Source: a phage
Assembly (NCBI GenBank): GCA_008273105.1
Contig: GCA_008273105.1_4080.1
DNA length: 64,000 nucleotides
Direction: 5' to 3' (one strand)
The notes under the pieces are model-generated. The model worked only from the letters and a program-made list of their open reading frames with translations. It did not search any database and had not been told where the DNA came from. A program made the translations under genes and the position numbers. Below, piece by piece: positions 51,998-61,299 of this stretch. Position 1 is the stretch's first letter. Every line of letters begins with the position of its first letter.

Positions 51998-53191
51998 ATG
52001 TTACCTTTTGCAAGAATGGTTAAATACGGGAATAAACAGCCTATTCCTGAACCAGTTGAGTTCACTGATGTTTTACAGCAACATTATACTAATGCTATGT
52101 ATCTACATAAGCCCACGAATACACTATACGGTTATGGTGGTAATAACTTGAGCCAATTAGGTCTAGGGAATCAATCGACAGTTTCTACTTTTACAGTACT
52201 GGCAACGCACTGTGCAGCCTTTTGGTTAGGCGTTCATGGATCATTGATGATTGACTTGGATAATAGAATATATTTCACAGGGAATACAGTAGCATTCCCC
52301 GATTATGGAGATGCAACTCCAGTTAATGGTTATTTTAGAACATGGACTGATGTTACTGCCGCATTTAACAAAATAAATATACACGCTAATTTAATCAAGA
52401 GTGTACATATAGGTGAAAGTACTAGAATATTACTACACGATGGAAGAGTCGTTGTTTGTGGTAAAAATGCAAATGCCGAATGTGGAACAGGTAACCAAAA
52501 TCCCATTCCAGTACTAACAGTTGTTACTGGTATGGGTGAAGTTTCTCAATTGGCGTGTTCATTACAGGGTACGCACTATCTCAAAACAAATAAAGAAGCA
52601 TGGTTTTGTGGTAAGGATAACTTTGGTGAAAGTGGTGGTGGGACTAGCTCATACGTTTTTACTAATAAATTAATACGAACCAACGTCGATTATATAAGTG
52701 CTACTTATGATGTTACCTGGTGGTTCACTGCCGGTAGGGTGTACTGGAGTGGTAGAAACAATTCTGGACAAGCTGGGAATGGTACTACTTCAACTACAAA
52801 CCAATTAACTACAGTTCAGAATTCACAGGTTATAGTGAATATTAGTGATGGTTTCCTGTGTCCTAGTAATATGGGTAACTCAACAATTGGTGCACCTATG
52901 GCTCAATACCCATCATATGTCAGGAGTGCAGGCATCAATACATATGGTCAAGAAGGGACGGGAAATACAACAGTAATTACTTCGTGGGGGGCGTTTTCTT
53001 TAAGTGCGATACAGGGTGGATATGACAATGTTCTTATGGCATCCAAAGACTGGTCCAGAACAATAATTATAACTAAAGATTATAAATTATATGCATGTGG
53101 GGGCTTTAACGGTTCAGGTGGTAACTTACCGGATGGTACTTCCTTAATTAAAACATTAACATTAATGCCAACGCAGTTATGGCAACAATAG
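51998..53191 (+). CDS. MLPF-leader RCC1-like beta-propeller repeat protein 3
   Basis: MLPFARMVKYGN leader; repeats YGYGGNNLSQLGLG, VCGKNANAECGTG, WSGRNNSGQAGNG. Confidence 0.75.
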   Translation: MLPFARMVKYGNKQPIPEPVEFTDVLQQHYTNAMYLHKPTNTLYGYGGNNLSQLGLGNQSTVSTFTVLATHCAAFWLGVHGSLMIDLDNRIYFTGNTVAFPDYGDATPVNGYFRTWTDVTAAFNKINIHANLIKSVHIGESTRILLHDGRVVVCGKNANAECGTGNQNPIPVLTVVTGMGEVSQLACSLQGTHYLKTNKEAWFCGKDNFGESGGGTSSYVFTNKLIRTNVDYISATYDVTWWFTAGRVYWSGRNNSGQAGNGTTSTTNQLTTVQNSQVIVNISDGFLCPSNMGNSTIGAPMAQYPSYVRSAGINTYGQEGTGNTTVITSWGAFSLSAIQGGYDNVLMASKDWSRTIIITKDYKLYACGGFNGSGGNLPDGTSLIKTLTLMPTQLWQQ

Positions 53192-53199
53192 GAGGGAAT

Positions 53200-54309
53200 A
53201 TGTTACCTTTTGGAAGAATGATTAGGTATGGAAATATTGTCCCTGGTCCTAAAAAAATAATTAAAGTTGGTGCTTCTACCCAAGGCCAATTCTTATTGAC
53301 TGATTCACATGATTTATATTACATAGGTAGAAATCAAGGTGGTGAATCTGGAAATGGTAATACCAACACGGTATCTTCATGGATATTAGTAAGTGCAGAT
53401 GTTTCTAATTTTTTCGTGGGTGATCGTACACTTGTTATTATTAAAAATGATAATACTATATGGACATCAGGTCAAACGTACTGGTTCTCATCTTCTACAA
53501 CTACTTCTTACAGTACTGTATTAGTTGAAAGGACTAGTTGGTTTACCAATGCTATACCAGTCAGTGAAATTGCTAATATTGTATGCACAAATGGTTTAAT
53601 ATTTGTACTTAGCACTAATTCAGTACTCTATGGTGCAGGAGATAATGGATATCGTGGTTCTTTGGGTATTGGTTCCTCATCAATTTACACATTAACTCAA
53701 TGTGCTACGAACGTTCGTAAAGTAATGACCAATGCGAATGATAGTATATATCTTACATTAGATAATAAGCTATATAGTTCTGGATGGAATAGTAGTGGGC
53801 AGCATGGTACGGGGAACCAAACACAAATTAACACTTGGGGATTGCGTAGTTCTGGTGTAATCGATGCAGCCATTGGTGGTAATGCATTAAATTACTATAA
53901 TGGTACATCATATTTCGTATGTGGTCAAACTCCAAACTTTCTTAGTTCAGGTACGACTACATTCCGTGCAGTTCCTTTAAGTACTTTGCCTAATAGTTCT
54001 CCGTTGTTTATGACGAATTCACCTGCCTTAAATACTGCTACACAAATGGTAATTACTAGTACATATCAGAAGGGTGTTGGGGCGAACCGTGGTTTGGGAT
54101 TAAACAATTCTCAAACTGGTGCTATATATAGTGCTACCAATTTACAATTACCCGTTGAAGTTAGTGAGATTAGGGATGTTCTTTTTAGTGATGGTTTGAC
54201 ATCGATATTAACCAAAAATGGAGATGTGTATAGTACTGGATCGTATTACGCCATTCCAGGTGCAATCGAGGATGTTGCAGTCTTTACTAAAATTGATTTA
54301 CCAAAATAA
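53200..54309 (+). CDS. MLPF-leader RCC1-like beta-propeller repeat protein 4
   Basis: Start MLPFGRMIRYGN 8 nt after stop of gene 3 (TAG overlaps AGGAGGG SD); no terminator/promoter cassette, so likely co-transcribed. Confidence 0.75.
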   Translation: MLPFGRMIRYGNIVPGPKKIIKVGASTQGQFLLTDSHDLYYIGRNQGGESGNGNTNTVSSWILVSADVSNFFVGDRTLVIIKNDNTIWTSGQTYWFSSSTTTSYSTVLVERTSWFTNAIPVSEIANIVCTNGLIFVLSTNSVLYGAGDNGYRGSLGIGSSSIYTLTQCATNVRKVMTNANDSIYLTLDNKLYSSGWNSSGQHGTGNQTQINTWGLRSSGVIDAAIGGNALNYYNGTSYFVCGQTPNFLSSGTTTFRAVPLSTLPNSSPLFMTNSPALNTATQMVITSTYQKGVGANRGLGLNNSQTGAIYSATNLQLPVEVSEIRDVLFSDGLTSILTKNGDVYSTGSYYAIPGAIEDVAVFTKIDLPK

Positions 54310-54315
54310 CATAAT

Positions 54316-54346
54316 GCCAGTACACTGTACTGGCTTTCTTATTTGT
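54316..54346 (+). terminator. intrinsic terminator (cassette boundary)
   Basis: gccagtac act gtactggc + tttcttatttg; loop differs from other copies, stem conserved. Confidence 0.65.
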
Positions 54347-54379
54347 ATTAAATATAGTATAACAAATAAAGGAGGGAAT
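54347..54379 (+). promoter_or_regulatory. cassette promoter -10 (TATAAC variant) and SD
   Basis: gtattaaatatagTATAACaaataAAGGAGGG. Confidence 0.45.
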
Positions 54380-55519
54380 ATGTTACCTTTTGCAAGAATG
54401 GTTAAGTACGGGAATATCGCACCTGAACTGATTCTACCTAAAAACAGGTTACAATGTTCTGCTGATGCCAAATTTTATTTACACACAAATGGCAATCTAT
54501 ATTGGTTTGGTTCTTCAGCATATGGACAAAGTGGTAATAGTTCATTGGACTCTTCAACTGAATGGACTCTTGTCAACTCAAATGTTACACGATATTGGGG
54601 TGGGGTACAAGGAACAATTGCTATAAAGAAAGATGGTACTATTTGGTACACTGGTAGACGTACTGTTATTCCAATACTATCTTCAAACACTAACGGCGTT
54701 TGGGTTGATATAACACAGAACTTTACTGATTTCGGTGTCAGTGCAGATGATATTGATAGTGTTGTGATATCTTCGTGTATGCGTGTATTTTTAAAAAATG
54801 GAAAGTGGTTCTACTGTGGTGCTGGTACTGGTGGTGTTTTTGGGAATGGATCAACTTCAAGCGTTTCACGATTCACCTATAGTACAATAGAAAATGTTAT
54901 CAGTGCTGGTTGTGCAATATATAGTACTGGATTAGTACTAAATGATGGTTCATATTGGTATGCAGGTAGAACGTTTGTATCAGGAACGACGACACAAAAC
55001 TTGCTCACATTTACACAAGATACTTCGATTAGTAATGCAATTAAAGCAGTCAATACAAATGAAACTTCTTATATATTTCTTAATGATGGTAATGTTAAAG
55101 TTGCATCTATTAACGACTATGGACAAGCAGGTACAGGAAATAGGTCAGTAGCCCCAATGAGTACATTAATTCCAAATTTATCATTCCAAGGAGAAGTGGA
55201 GTTGGTGGGTGAGCTTGGGACAAACCTTACCGGACCATCCTGTATAATTAATAATAATAATAAGTTATTTTCATGTGGCCTTAATTCAAATGGTCAATGT
55301 GGTATTGGTACAACTGATATGTATATAACATCATTCGCTGAAATGGATCTTACTGCATTAGAAGGTAGTAATCTTAGTAGTTTTTGTAAGAGCTATTCTT
55401 ATACGATGTTAGTTGACGAATATAATAATTTATACACATGTGGTGTACCCAATCTTACTGGAATGTCTTCAACTACTGTACCAACAAGGGTTCCTGATTC
55501 ACTTCTACCGTGGAAATAA
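54380..55519 (+). CDS. MLPF-leader RCC1-like beta-propeller repeat protein 5
   Basis: MLPFARMVKYGN leader; repeats WFGSSAYGQSGN, YCGAGTGGVFGNG, SCGLNSNGQCGIG. Confidence 0.75.
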   Translation: MLPFARMVKYGNIAPELILPKNRLQCSADAKFYLHTNGNLYWFGSSAYGQSGNSSLDSSTEWTLVNSNVTRYWGGVQGTIAIKKDGTIWYTGRRTVIPILSSNTNGVWVDITQNFTDFGVSADDIDSVVISSCMRVFLKNGKWFYCGAGTGGVFGNGSTSSVSRFTYSTIENVISAGCAIYSTGLVLNDGSYWYAGRTFVSGTTTQNLLTFTQDTSISNAIKAVNTNETSYIFLNDGNVKVASINDYGQAGTGNRSVAPMSTLIPNLSFQGEVELVGELGTNLTGPSCIINNNNKLFSCGLNSNGQCGIGTTDMYITSFAEMDLTALEGSNLSSFCKSYSYTMLVDEYNNLYTCGVPNLTGMSSTTVPTRVPDSLLPWK

Positions 55520-55525
55520 TATAAT

Positions 55526-55556
55526 GCCAGTACACTGTACTGGCTTTCTTATTTGT
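55526..55556 (+). terminator. intrinsic terminator (cassette boundary)
   Basis: gccagtacactgtactggc + T-run. Confidence 0.65.
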
Positions 55557-55590
55557 ATTAAATATAGTATAATGAATAAAGGAGGGAAAT
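55557..55590 (+). promoter_or_regulatory. cassette promoter -10 and SD
   Basis: attaaatatagTATAATgaataAAGGAGGG. Confidence 0.5.
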
Positions 55591-56739
55591 ATGTTACCTT
55601 TTGTAAGAATGATGAATTATGGGAATATTGCCCCTGGTAAGGATAGGCGTTTTAAAATATATTCAAGTGATTCTATGTATCTTCATGATACTTATACTAA
55701 TAAGTTGTATGCATCTTCTGCGACGAATTGGGGTACTGGAACAGGTGTAGCATCGAGTAAATTTATTCTTTGTGCAGAGAATGTTAAACGAGTTCTATTG
55801 GAAGATAACAGTAGTAGTTGTCAATTGTATGAAGAGAAAGGTACTGGAAAAGTTTTTATCACTGGTAACACGAAGGCATTCACTGGTGTAACTGATACAA
55901 AAACTTTGTGGACGGACTGTACTACGTGGATAACATCAGGTGGTATTAATGTTTCTGATATAAAATACATGAGTAGTTTTAATGATATGAAGGTGAATTT
56001 GATAACAAACGATGGTACGTTGTATTGTTGTGGAGTTAACAATAACTCGAACCTATCATCATTTGGTGATGGTACAAACATTAATTCTTTTAACACATTC
56101 AAAAGGGTAGATACTATAACTTCGGTTAAAAAGGCAGTTGGTAACATATACCTAAAAGAAGATAATACTTTATGGGGTTGTGGTTTTAACTATTACTATC
56201 AGTTAGGTACAGGTAATCAAACTTCTATTACTGGGGTGACGATGATTTCTTCGGATGTTATAGATTTTGATGTAAGTTATCAGAGTACATTTTTTATTAA
56301 ATCGGATAATAATTTGTACGCTTGTGGTAAACAGTTCGGTGCACAATACGGGAACGAATTTGGCACAGGTGGTACTTCTTCATCTACCGATATACAATAC
56401 AAAACTCCGACATTATTGAGTTCGGGAGTTTATACTCTATATACGTGTGTTAGTAACATGGCATCACATATAGCTAAAGGTGATGAAGTTCTATACGCAT
56501 CTGGGTCGAATGGATTTGGTCAATTAGGTGTTGGTAATAATATTAATCAGTACTCATATACTCCTTCGTATACTTCGTTTAATAGTTCGTGTAATTTGGT
56601 ACGCACTCCATCTGGTTCACTTATACTTACGGACACTGAGCAATTATATTATTGTGGGTATGCTATGGTAGTAATGGGGGGAATTGCTGGACAAAACATT
56701 CTTAGTTATACAGAAGTTGATATGTCATTTATACAATGA
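55591..56739 (+). CDS. MLPF-leader RCC1-like beta-propeller repeat protein 6
   Basis: MLPFVRMMNYGN leader; repeats YCCGVNNNSNLSSFGDG, WGCGFNYYYQLGTG, YASGSNGFGQLGVG. Confidence 0.75.
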   Translation: MLPFVRMMNYGNIAPGKDRRFKIYSSDSMYLHDTYTNKLYASSATNWGTGTGVASSKFILCAENVKRVLLEDNSSSCQLYEEKGTGKVFITGNTKAFTGVTDTKTLWTDCTTWITSGGINVSDIKYMSSFNDMKVNLITNDGTLYCCGVNNNSNLSSFGDGTNINSFNTFKRVDTITSVKKAVGNIYLKEDNTLWGCGFNYYYQLGTGNQTSITGVTMISSDVIDFDVSYQSTFFIKSDNNLYACGKQFGAQYGNEFGTGGTSSSTDIQYKTPTLLSSGVYTLYTCVSNMASHIAKGDEVLYASGSNGFGQLGVGNNINQYSYTPSYTSFNSSCNLVRTPSGSLILTDTEQLYYCGYAMVVMGGIAGQNILSYTEVDMSFIQ

Positions 56740-56745
56740 TTTAAT

Positions 56746-56776
56746 GCCAGTACAGAGTACTGGCTTTCTTATTTGT
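56746..56776 (+). terminator. intrinsic terminator (cassette boundary)
   Basis: gccagtac aga gtactggc + T-run. Confidence 0.65.
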
Positions 56777-56810
56777 ATTAAATATAGTATAATGAATAAA
56801 GGAGGAATTT
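56777..56810 (+). promoter_or_regulatory. cassette promoter -10 and SD
   Basis: attaaatatagTATAATgaataAAGGAGG. Confidence 0.5.
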
Positions 56811-58001
56811 ATGTTACCTTTTGTAAGAATGATGAATTATGGGAATATTGTCCCAGTACCACTTCAAATTAAGAAAATAATCCCAACTGATTTAGATGTT
56901 GTTGTTCTGTATACGGATGGTCAACTATATGCACGTGGGAATAATAGTTTTGGGAAATTTGGTAGGGGAAACAACACTGCATTAAAATCATGGACATTAA
57001 TTAGAGAAAACGTTAACGATTGCTGGGTTACACAAGGAACTTTATTAGTAAAAGATAATGACTCAAATTATTTTTATTGTGGATATGGTGATCATGTTGG
57101 TTTACCAACTAGTACTACTACGTTTTTAAGTTATAACCAATATATTGAAAATTTGTACACGCAAAGTTCAAGTACTTCAATTAAACAGATGTATGGAGGT
57201 ACTACGTGGTTTACGGTATTAATGGATAATAATACAATATGGAGTACTGGTTGGAGTGGGGCTAGACAATTCGCTGATGGTACTGGTAGTACTCAACAAA
57301 TAACAGATGGATCATTTGTAAAAGCTGTCACGCCTAATGTTGATATTGCACAAATACTGTCAACAAATAACTGTGTAATGTTTTTTGATACACAAAATAA
57401 TTTATATATTGGTGGTGGTACGTCAGGTATAAGTACCAGTACCACATGGACACCATTTAATGAATATACTTTATATAAACCAAGTACAACATACACAAAA
57501 ACGTTACAATACACTGGATGCTCAAGTGGTGCAGTCAGTGCTTTGGTTGAGAATCCAAGTACTGGTGCACGTCAGTTTCTAGTTGGTGGTTTAGCGAGTA
57601 ATGGTGCATGGGGTAACAATACCACAACCAGTTCGGCAATTGCTGTATTAGGGAGCAATAGTACGACATTACCAACTGGAACTTTGTATTCAATTCATAC
57701 AGGATACCCAACACAATCTAGTATACTAGTTACGAGTACTGGTGTATATGCAACTGGTTTAAATGCGAGTAGTTATGCTGGTTCGTTGGGTGTTGGTTCT
57801 AATGTTACTATTGGTAGATTTACTATATGTCCAATGCCAGCAGAAATATCATATTCTATGTATGATAAAATAAAAATATATCGCGGTTCGTATCGTACTT
57901 TTCTAACTGCTGATATGAAAAATATATATTCAACCGGAACGTATGATGATGGTGGTCCTAGTACAAATAGATATGTTCTGGATACACCTAGACAATTGTA
58001 A
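56811..58001 (+). CDS. MLPF-leader repeat protein 7 (RCC1-like, more divergent)
   Basis: MLPFVRMMNYGN leader; YARGNNSFGKFGRG and Gly/Thr-rich repeats. Confidence 0.7.
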   Translation: MLPFVRMMNYGNIVPVPLQIKKIIPTDLDVVVLYTDGQLYARGNNSFGKFGRGNNTALKSWTLIRENVNDCWVTQGTLLVKDNDSNYFYCGYGDHVGLPTSTTTFLSYNQYIENLYTQSSSTSIKQMYGGTTWFTVLMDNNTIWSTGWSGARQFADGTGSTQQITDGSFVKAVTPNVDIAQILSTNNCVMFFDTQNNLYIGGGTSGISTSTTWTPFNEYTLYKPSTTYTKTLQYTGCSSGAVSALVENPSTGARQFLVGGLASNGAWGNNTTTSSAIAVLGSNSTTLPTGTLYSIHTGYPTQSSILVTSTGVYATGLNASSYAGSLGVGSNVTIGRFTICPMPAEISYSMYDKIKIYRGSYRTFLTADMKNIYSTGTYDDGGPSTNRYVLDTPRQL

Positions 58002-58008
58002 TAATTTA

Positions 58009-58039
58009 GCCAGTACAAAGTACTGGCTTTCTTATTTGT
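58009..58039 (+). terminator. intrinsic terminator (cassette boundary)
   Basis: gccagtac aaa gtactggc + tttcttatttg. Confidence 0.65.
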
Positions 58040-58072
58040 ATTAAATATAGTATAATGAATAAAGGAGGAAGT
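58040..58072 (+). promoter_or_regulatory. cassette promoter -10 and SD
   Basis: attaaatatagTATAATgaataAAGGAGG. Confidence 0.5.
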
Positions 58073-59206
58073 ATGTTACCTTTTGGAAGAATGGTTAAGT
58101 ACGGAAATAAAAGACCATCTAATAATATCAAAAAGATTTCATGCACAACCAATAACAGTGTTTTGGTGCTCACCGAAAGTGGAGATTTGTATGGTTTTGG
58201 ATTCAATTCAGGTGGTGAACTTGGCACTGGTGCAACAACTAGTGTTACTTCAGTTATTCAAATTGACACTGGAGTTGATGATGTATGGGGTGGCAGTCTA
58301 TGTGCAATGTACAGAAAAGGCGATGAATTCTTTGGTAGCGGGAACGGTTCTTATTATGGTTCAAGTACTGTTAACTCAACCACATTTGTAAATGTAACAC
58401 ACATATTCCAAGATATAGATATTCTTAATATTAAGAAAATTAAAATGACAACAGGTTTGTTTATATTAATGCAAAACGGCAACTTATATGGATGTGGGGT
58501 AAACACCAATTGTCAATTTGGTACTGGTGAGGCAGGGAATTTTCGTTATCCTATAGCTACATTAACACAAACGGATGTTGTTGATTTTGATATTTTAGGA
58601 AACGCTAGTATAATATTAAAGACCGATGGGTACATGTACAGTGCGGGTGATAATGGTCGTGGACAACTTGGTAGTGCTGCCGCAACCACAGTTCTGGTAT
58701 ATACACAAATTAGTAAATTTCCAAATGTAACCAATTTGAATCTGTTCGGATGCACACAATCCTGTTCATTATTCAAAGATAGTGATGGTAAAACGTGGTT
58801 GAGTGGTAATAGTTATGGTATTGATTACCCAGTAGTAGCTACAACATTATTCAGTAAAGAAGCACCAGTACCTGAAGGTACATTTAGATTTATCCACACG
58901 AGATCAGGGGCAAATTCACCAGTAATATGTACACCCACTGGGTATTATGTTGCTGGTACTAACCCTTATGGTGCATATGGTATAGGTACAAATGTAACTC
59001 TGACTGCATACACTAGAATGGATTCAATGGATAATTACATATCAAATTATAATGATGTTCCTGTGTTTGATGGTTGTTTCTATGGGACATATTTTGCAGT
59101 CGGAGAACGTCTGTTTGGTGCAGGTAATGGAAATTTAGGTAATGTTCCAGGATATACTGGAACACAACGTAACTATGTAGAAATTAATTATAAAAATAAA
59201 CCTTAA
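58073..59206 (+). CDS. MLPF-leader RCC1-like beta-propeller repeat protein 8
   Basis: MLPFGRMVKYGN leader; repeats YGFGFNSGGELGTG, YGCGVNTNCQFGTG, YSAGDNGRGQLG. Confidence 0.75.
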   Translation: MLPFGRMVKYGNKRPSNNIKKISCTTNNSVLVLTESGDLYGFGFNSGGELGTGATTSVTSVIQIDTGVDDVWGGSLCAMYRKGDEFFGSGNGSYYGSSTVNSTTFVNVTHIFQDIDILNIKKIKMTTGLFILMQNGNLYGCGVNTNCQFGTGEAGNFRYPIATLTQTDVVDFDILGNASIILKTDGYMYSAGDNGRGQLGSAAATTVLVYTQISKFPNVTNLNLFGCTQSCSLFKDSDGKTWLSGNSYGIDYPVVATTLFSKEAPVPEGTFRFIHTRSGANSPVICTPTGYYVAGTNPYGAYGIGTNVTLTAYTRMDSMDNYISNYNDVPVFDGCFYGTYFAVGERLFGAGNGNLGNVPGYTGTQRNYVEINYKNKP

Positions 59207-59212
59207 TACAAT

Positions 59213-59243
59213 GCCAGTACTTGATACTGGCTTTTCTTTTTGG
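59213..59243 (+). terminator. intrinsic terminator (cassette boundary)
   Basis: gccagtacttgatactggc + ttttctttttg. Confidence 0.65.
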
Positions 59244-59276
59244 TTAAATATAGTATAATGAATAAAGGAGGGAATT
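59244..59276 (+). promoter_or_regulatory. cassette promoter -10 and SD
   Basis: gttaaatatagTATAATgaataAAGGAGGG. Confidence 0.5.
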
Positions 59277-60014
59277 ATGTTACCTTTTGCAAGAATGGTT
59301 AAGTTCGGGAATAAAATTGAATATAAGCCACATGGTGAACAATTAATCACGACAATAGGAACAACACAATTTACAGTTCCTGCTGGCGTTACCGAAATAT
59401 CAGTATGTGTTATTTCGCCGGGTGGTCAACGTGGTGCTGGTGGCGGCTTATCGTGGCGTAATAATATTCCGGTTTCTGGTGGTGAGTACTTAAGTGTTTC
59501 TCTTACACATCCCAACACTACTACAGCAGTTGAAAACGGTTTATATCGTGGAACTGAAAAACTATGTGTTAGCTTCACTGGTGAATATAGGGTTGGTGGA
59601 CTAGGTGGGAAAGCTGCTAACGCTATTAATGATGGTGGTGGTAATGGGGGCAACGCTGGTGTAAGTGGTGGTGCAGTCATTGGTGGTGGTGCTGGTGGCT
59701 ACACTGGTAAAGGTGGTAACGGAGATGCAATCACTGGTGAAAATGGTGCTGGCGGCGGCGGTGGTGGTGGTGCATTCTATAATACCTCGTTCATTGGTAC
59801 GGGTGGTGGTACTGGTATCATTGTTCAAGGTGCTAATGGTATTGGCGGTAGATACGATGGTTCATATAATGGTGGTGCTGGTAGTGGTGGTGCTGGTAAG
59901 ATGTATGGTGGTGGTGGTAGTATATGGGATAATTTTTCTTATACGGCTGCTGGTGGTGGTGCTGTGCGAATAATATGGGGACGTGGGAGATATTATCCTA
60001 ACAATTCAGTCTAA
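59277..60014 (+). CDS. MLPF-leader glycine-rich protein (non-RCC1 cargo)
   Basis: Same leader MLPFARMVKFGN fused to a Gly-rich body (GGGNGGNAGVSGG, GAGGGGGGGAF, GGAGSGGAG) unrelated to the propeller paralogs. Confidence 0.7.
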   Translation: MLPFARMVKFGNKIEYKPHGEQLITTIGTTQFTVPAGVTEISVCVISPGGQRGAGGGLSWRNNIPVSGGEYLSVSLTHPNTTTAVENGLYRGTEKLCVSFTGEYRVGGLGGKAANAINDGGGNGGNAGVSGGAVIGGGAGGYTGKGGNGDAITGENGAGGGGGGGAFYNTSFIGTGGGTGIIVQGANGIGGRYDGSYNGGAGSGGAGKMYGGGGSIWDNFSYTAAGGGAVRIIWGRGRYYPNNSV

Positions 60015-60021
60015 AATATAG

Positions 60022-60052
60022 GCCAGTACTTGATACTGGCTTTCTTATTTGT
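60022..60052 (+). terminator. intrinsic terminator (cassette boundary)
   Basis: gccagtacttgatactggc + tttcttatttg. Confidence 0.65.
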
Positions 60053-60085
60053 ATTAAATATAGTATAATGAATAAGGAGGGAATT
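60053..60085 (+). promoter_or_regulatory. cassette promoter -10 and SD
   Basis: attaaatatagTATAATgaatAAGGAGGG. Confidence 0.5.
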
Positions 60086-61228
60086 ATGTTACCTTTTGGA
60101 AGAATGGTTAAGTACGGGAATATTGCACCAGTTCCGGTAGTTCCTACAATAAAAGATTTTAAGATTGGCTTTTCGCATGAAGTGTTATTGGACAGTGCAG
60201 GTGATGCATGGGGTATTGGATACAATACAGATGGGCAGTTAGGCTTTTTGGATGCAAATACCAATTCACTAGGTGCGTGGTCTAAGATATATACTGATGT
60301 TCGATTAATTGGAGTTACTGCTAGATATACAGTGGTAGTTACTAATAATAATAGAATCCTTTACGCAGGAAATAACTTAATTTCTAGTACTACTACTCTT
60401 GGGTGGACCGATATAACTGCCAGTATGGGTCCGGTTGCGGTGGATAGCATCGATGCATTATATTGCACAGATGGTATGATGCATATTAAAACTTCAGATG
60501 GTTCTTTATATGCATATGGTCGTAACATGAACGCAAACAGTGGTGTTACTGGTGGTGTTATTAGTGTTGCAACTAAGGTTAATTTGCCTTCTGCTGTAAA
60601 TGACATGCGATATACGTTTAGTTATGGTTCAGTACTATGTCGATTGGATACGACTTCTATATACGCATGGGGACGAAACACAAATGGTGAATTAGGCCAG
60701 GGTAATACAACAGCTATCGTTACACCAAAACTATTGTCTGGTGCTTCTATTGCAATGGGTACTTCGTATAATGCTACTGCAATTGTTTCTGGTTCTGCAT
60801 CGTTAGTTACGTGTGGTGGTCAGAACAGTGGTCAGTTGGGTAATGGTATTACTACTGATGGTAATGTTTACGTATATGCTGCTAGAACATACCCTGGCGA
60901 TCTTAATACTATAAGAAGTCCAGTGGATTGTAGTACAACGTACACCTCTGCATTTATGAGTCCAGATGGTATATATTACACTGGTGCTAACCGAAGCATG
61001 TTTGGTGGTATTAGTGGTGCTGCTACCGTTGGTGTATATACTAAATGTAGTGATTTACCAATAACATATTCTAATATAATTCAGTGGGGTAGTGGTACTA
61101 TTGGTGGTGCTATATGTAGTAGTACAGAGTTATACCAATGTGGCATCGGTCGATACATTGCTGGAGATGGTGCGAGCACAACCAGGTATGGATTTAGGAA
61201 GACCCCATTACCTTGGGATGTTTATTGA
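60086..61228 (+). CDS. MLPF-leader RCC1-like beta-propeller repeat protein 10
   Basis: MLPFGRMVKYGN leader; repeats WGIGYNTDGQLG, YAYGRNMNANSG, WGRNTNGELGQG, CGGQNSGQLGNG. Confidence 0.75.
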   Translation: MLPFGRMVKYGNIAPVPVVPTIKDFKIGFSHEVLLDSAGDAWGIGYNTDGQLGFLDANTNSLGAWSKIYTDVRLIGVTARYTVVVTNNNRILYAGNNLISSTTTLGWTDITASMGPVAVDSIDALYCTDGMMHIKTSDGSLYAYGRNMNANSGVTGGVISVATKVNLPSAVNDMRYTFSYGSVLCRLDTTSIYAWGRNTNGELGQGNTTAIVTPKLLSGASIAMGTSYNATAIVSGSASLVTCGGQNSGQLGNGITTDGNVYVYAARTYPGDLNTIRSPVDCSTTYTSAFMSPDGIYYTGANRSMFGGISGAATVGVYTKCSDLPITYSNIIQWGSGTIGGAICSSTELYQCGIGRYIAGDGASTTRYGFRKTPLPWDVY

Positions 61229-61234
61229 AATAAT

Positions 61235-61268
61235 GCCAGTACTCAAGTACTGGCATTTCTTTTTGATT
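61235..61268 (+). terminator. intrinsic terminator (cassette boundary)
   Basis: gccagtac tcaa gtactggc + atttctttttg. Confidence 0.65.
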
Positions 61269-61299
61269 AAATATAGTATAATGAATAAAGGAGGGAAGT
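61269..61299 (+). promoter_or_regulatory. cassette promoter -10 and SD
   Basis: attaaatatagTATAATgaataAAGGAGGG. Confidence 0.5.

Noticed and set aside
59426-59973. ORFs overlapping the Gly-rich gene in other frames or strand (59426..59680, 59601..59828, 59665..59973)
   Set aside because: Artefacts of the GGT-rich repeat coding sequence; only the frame starting with the MLPF leader has promoter and SD context.
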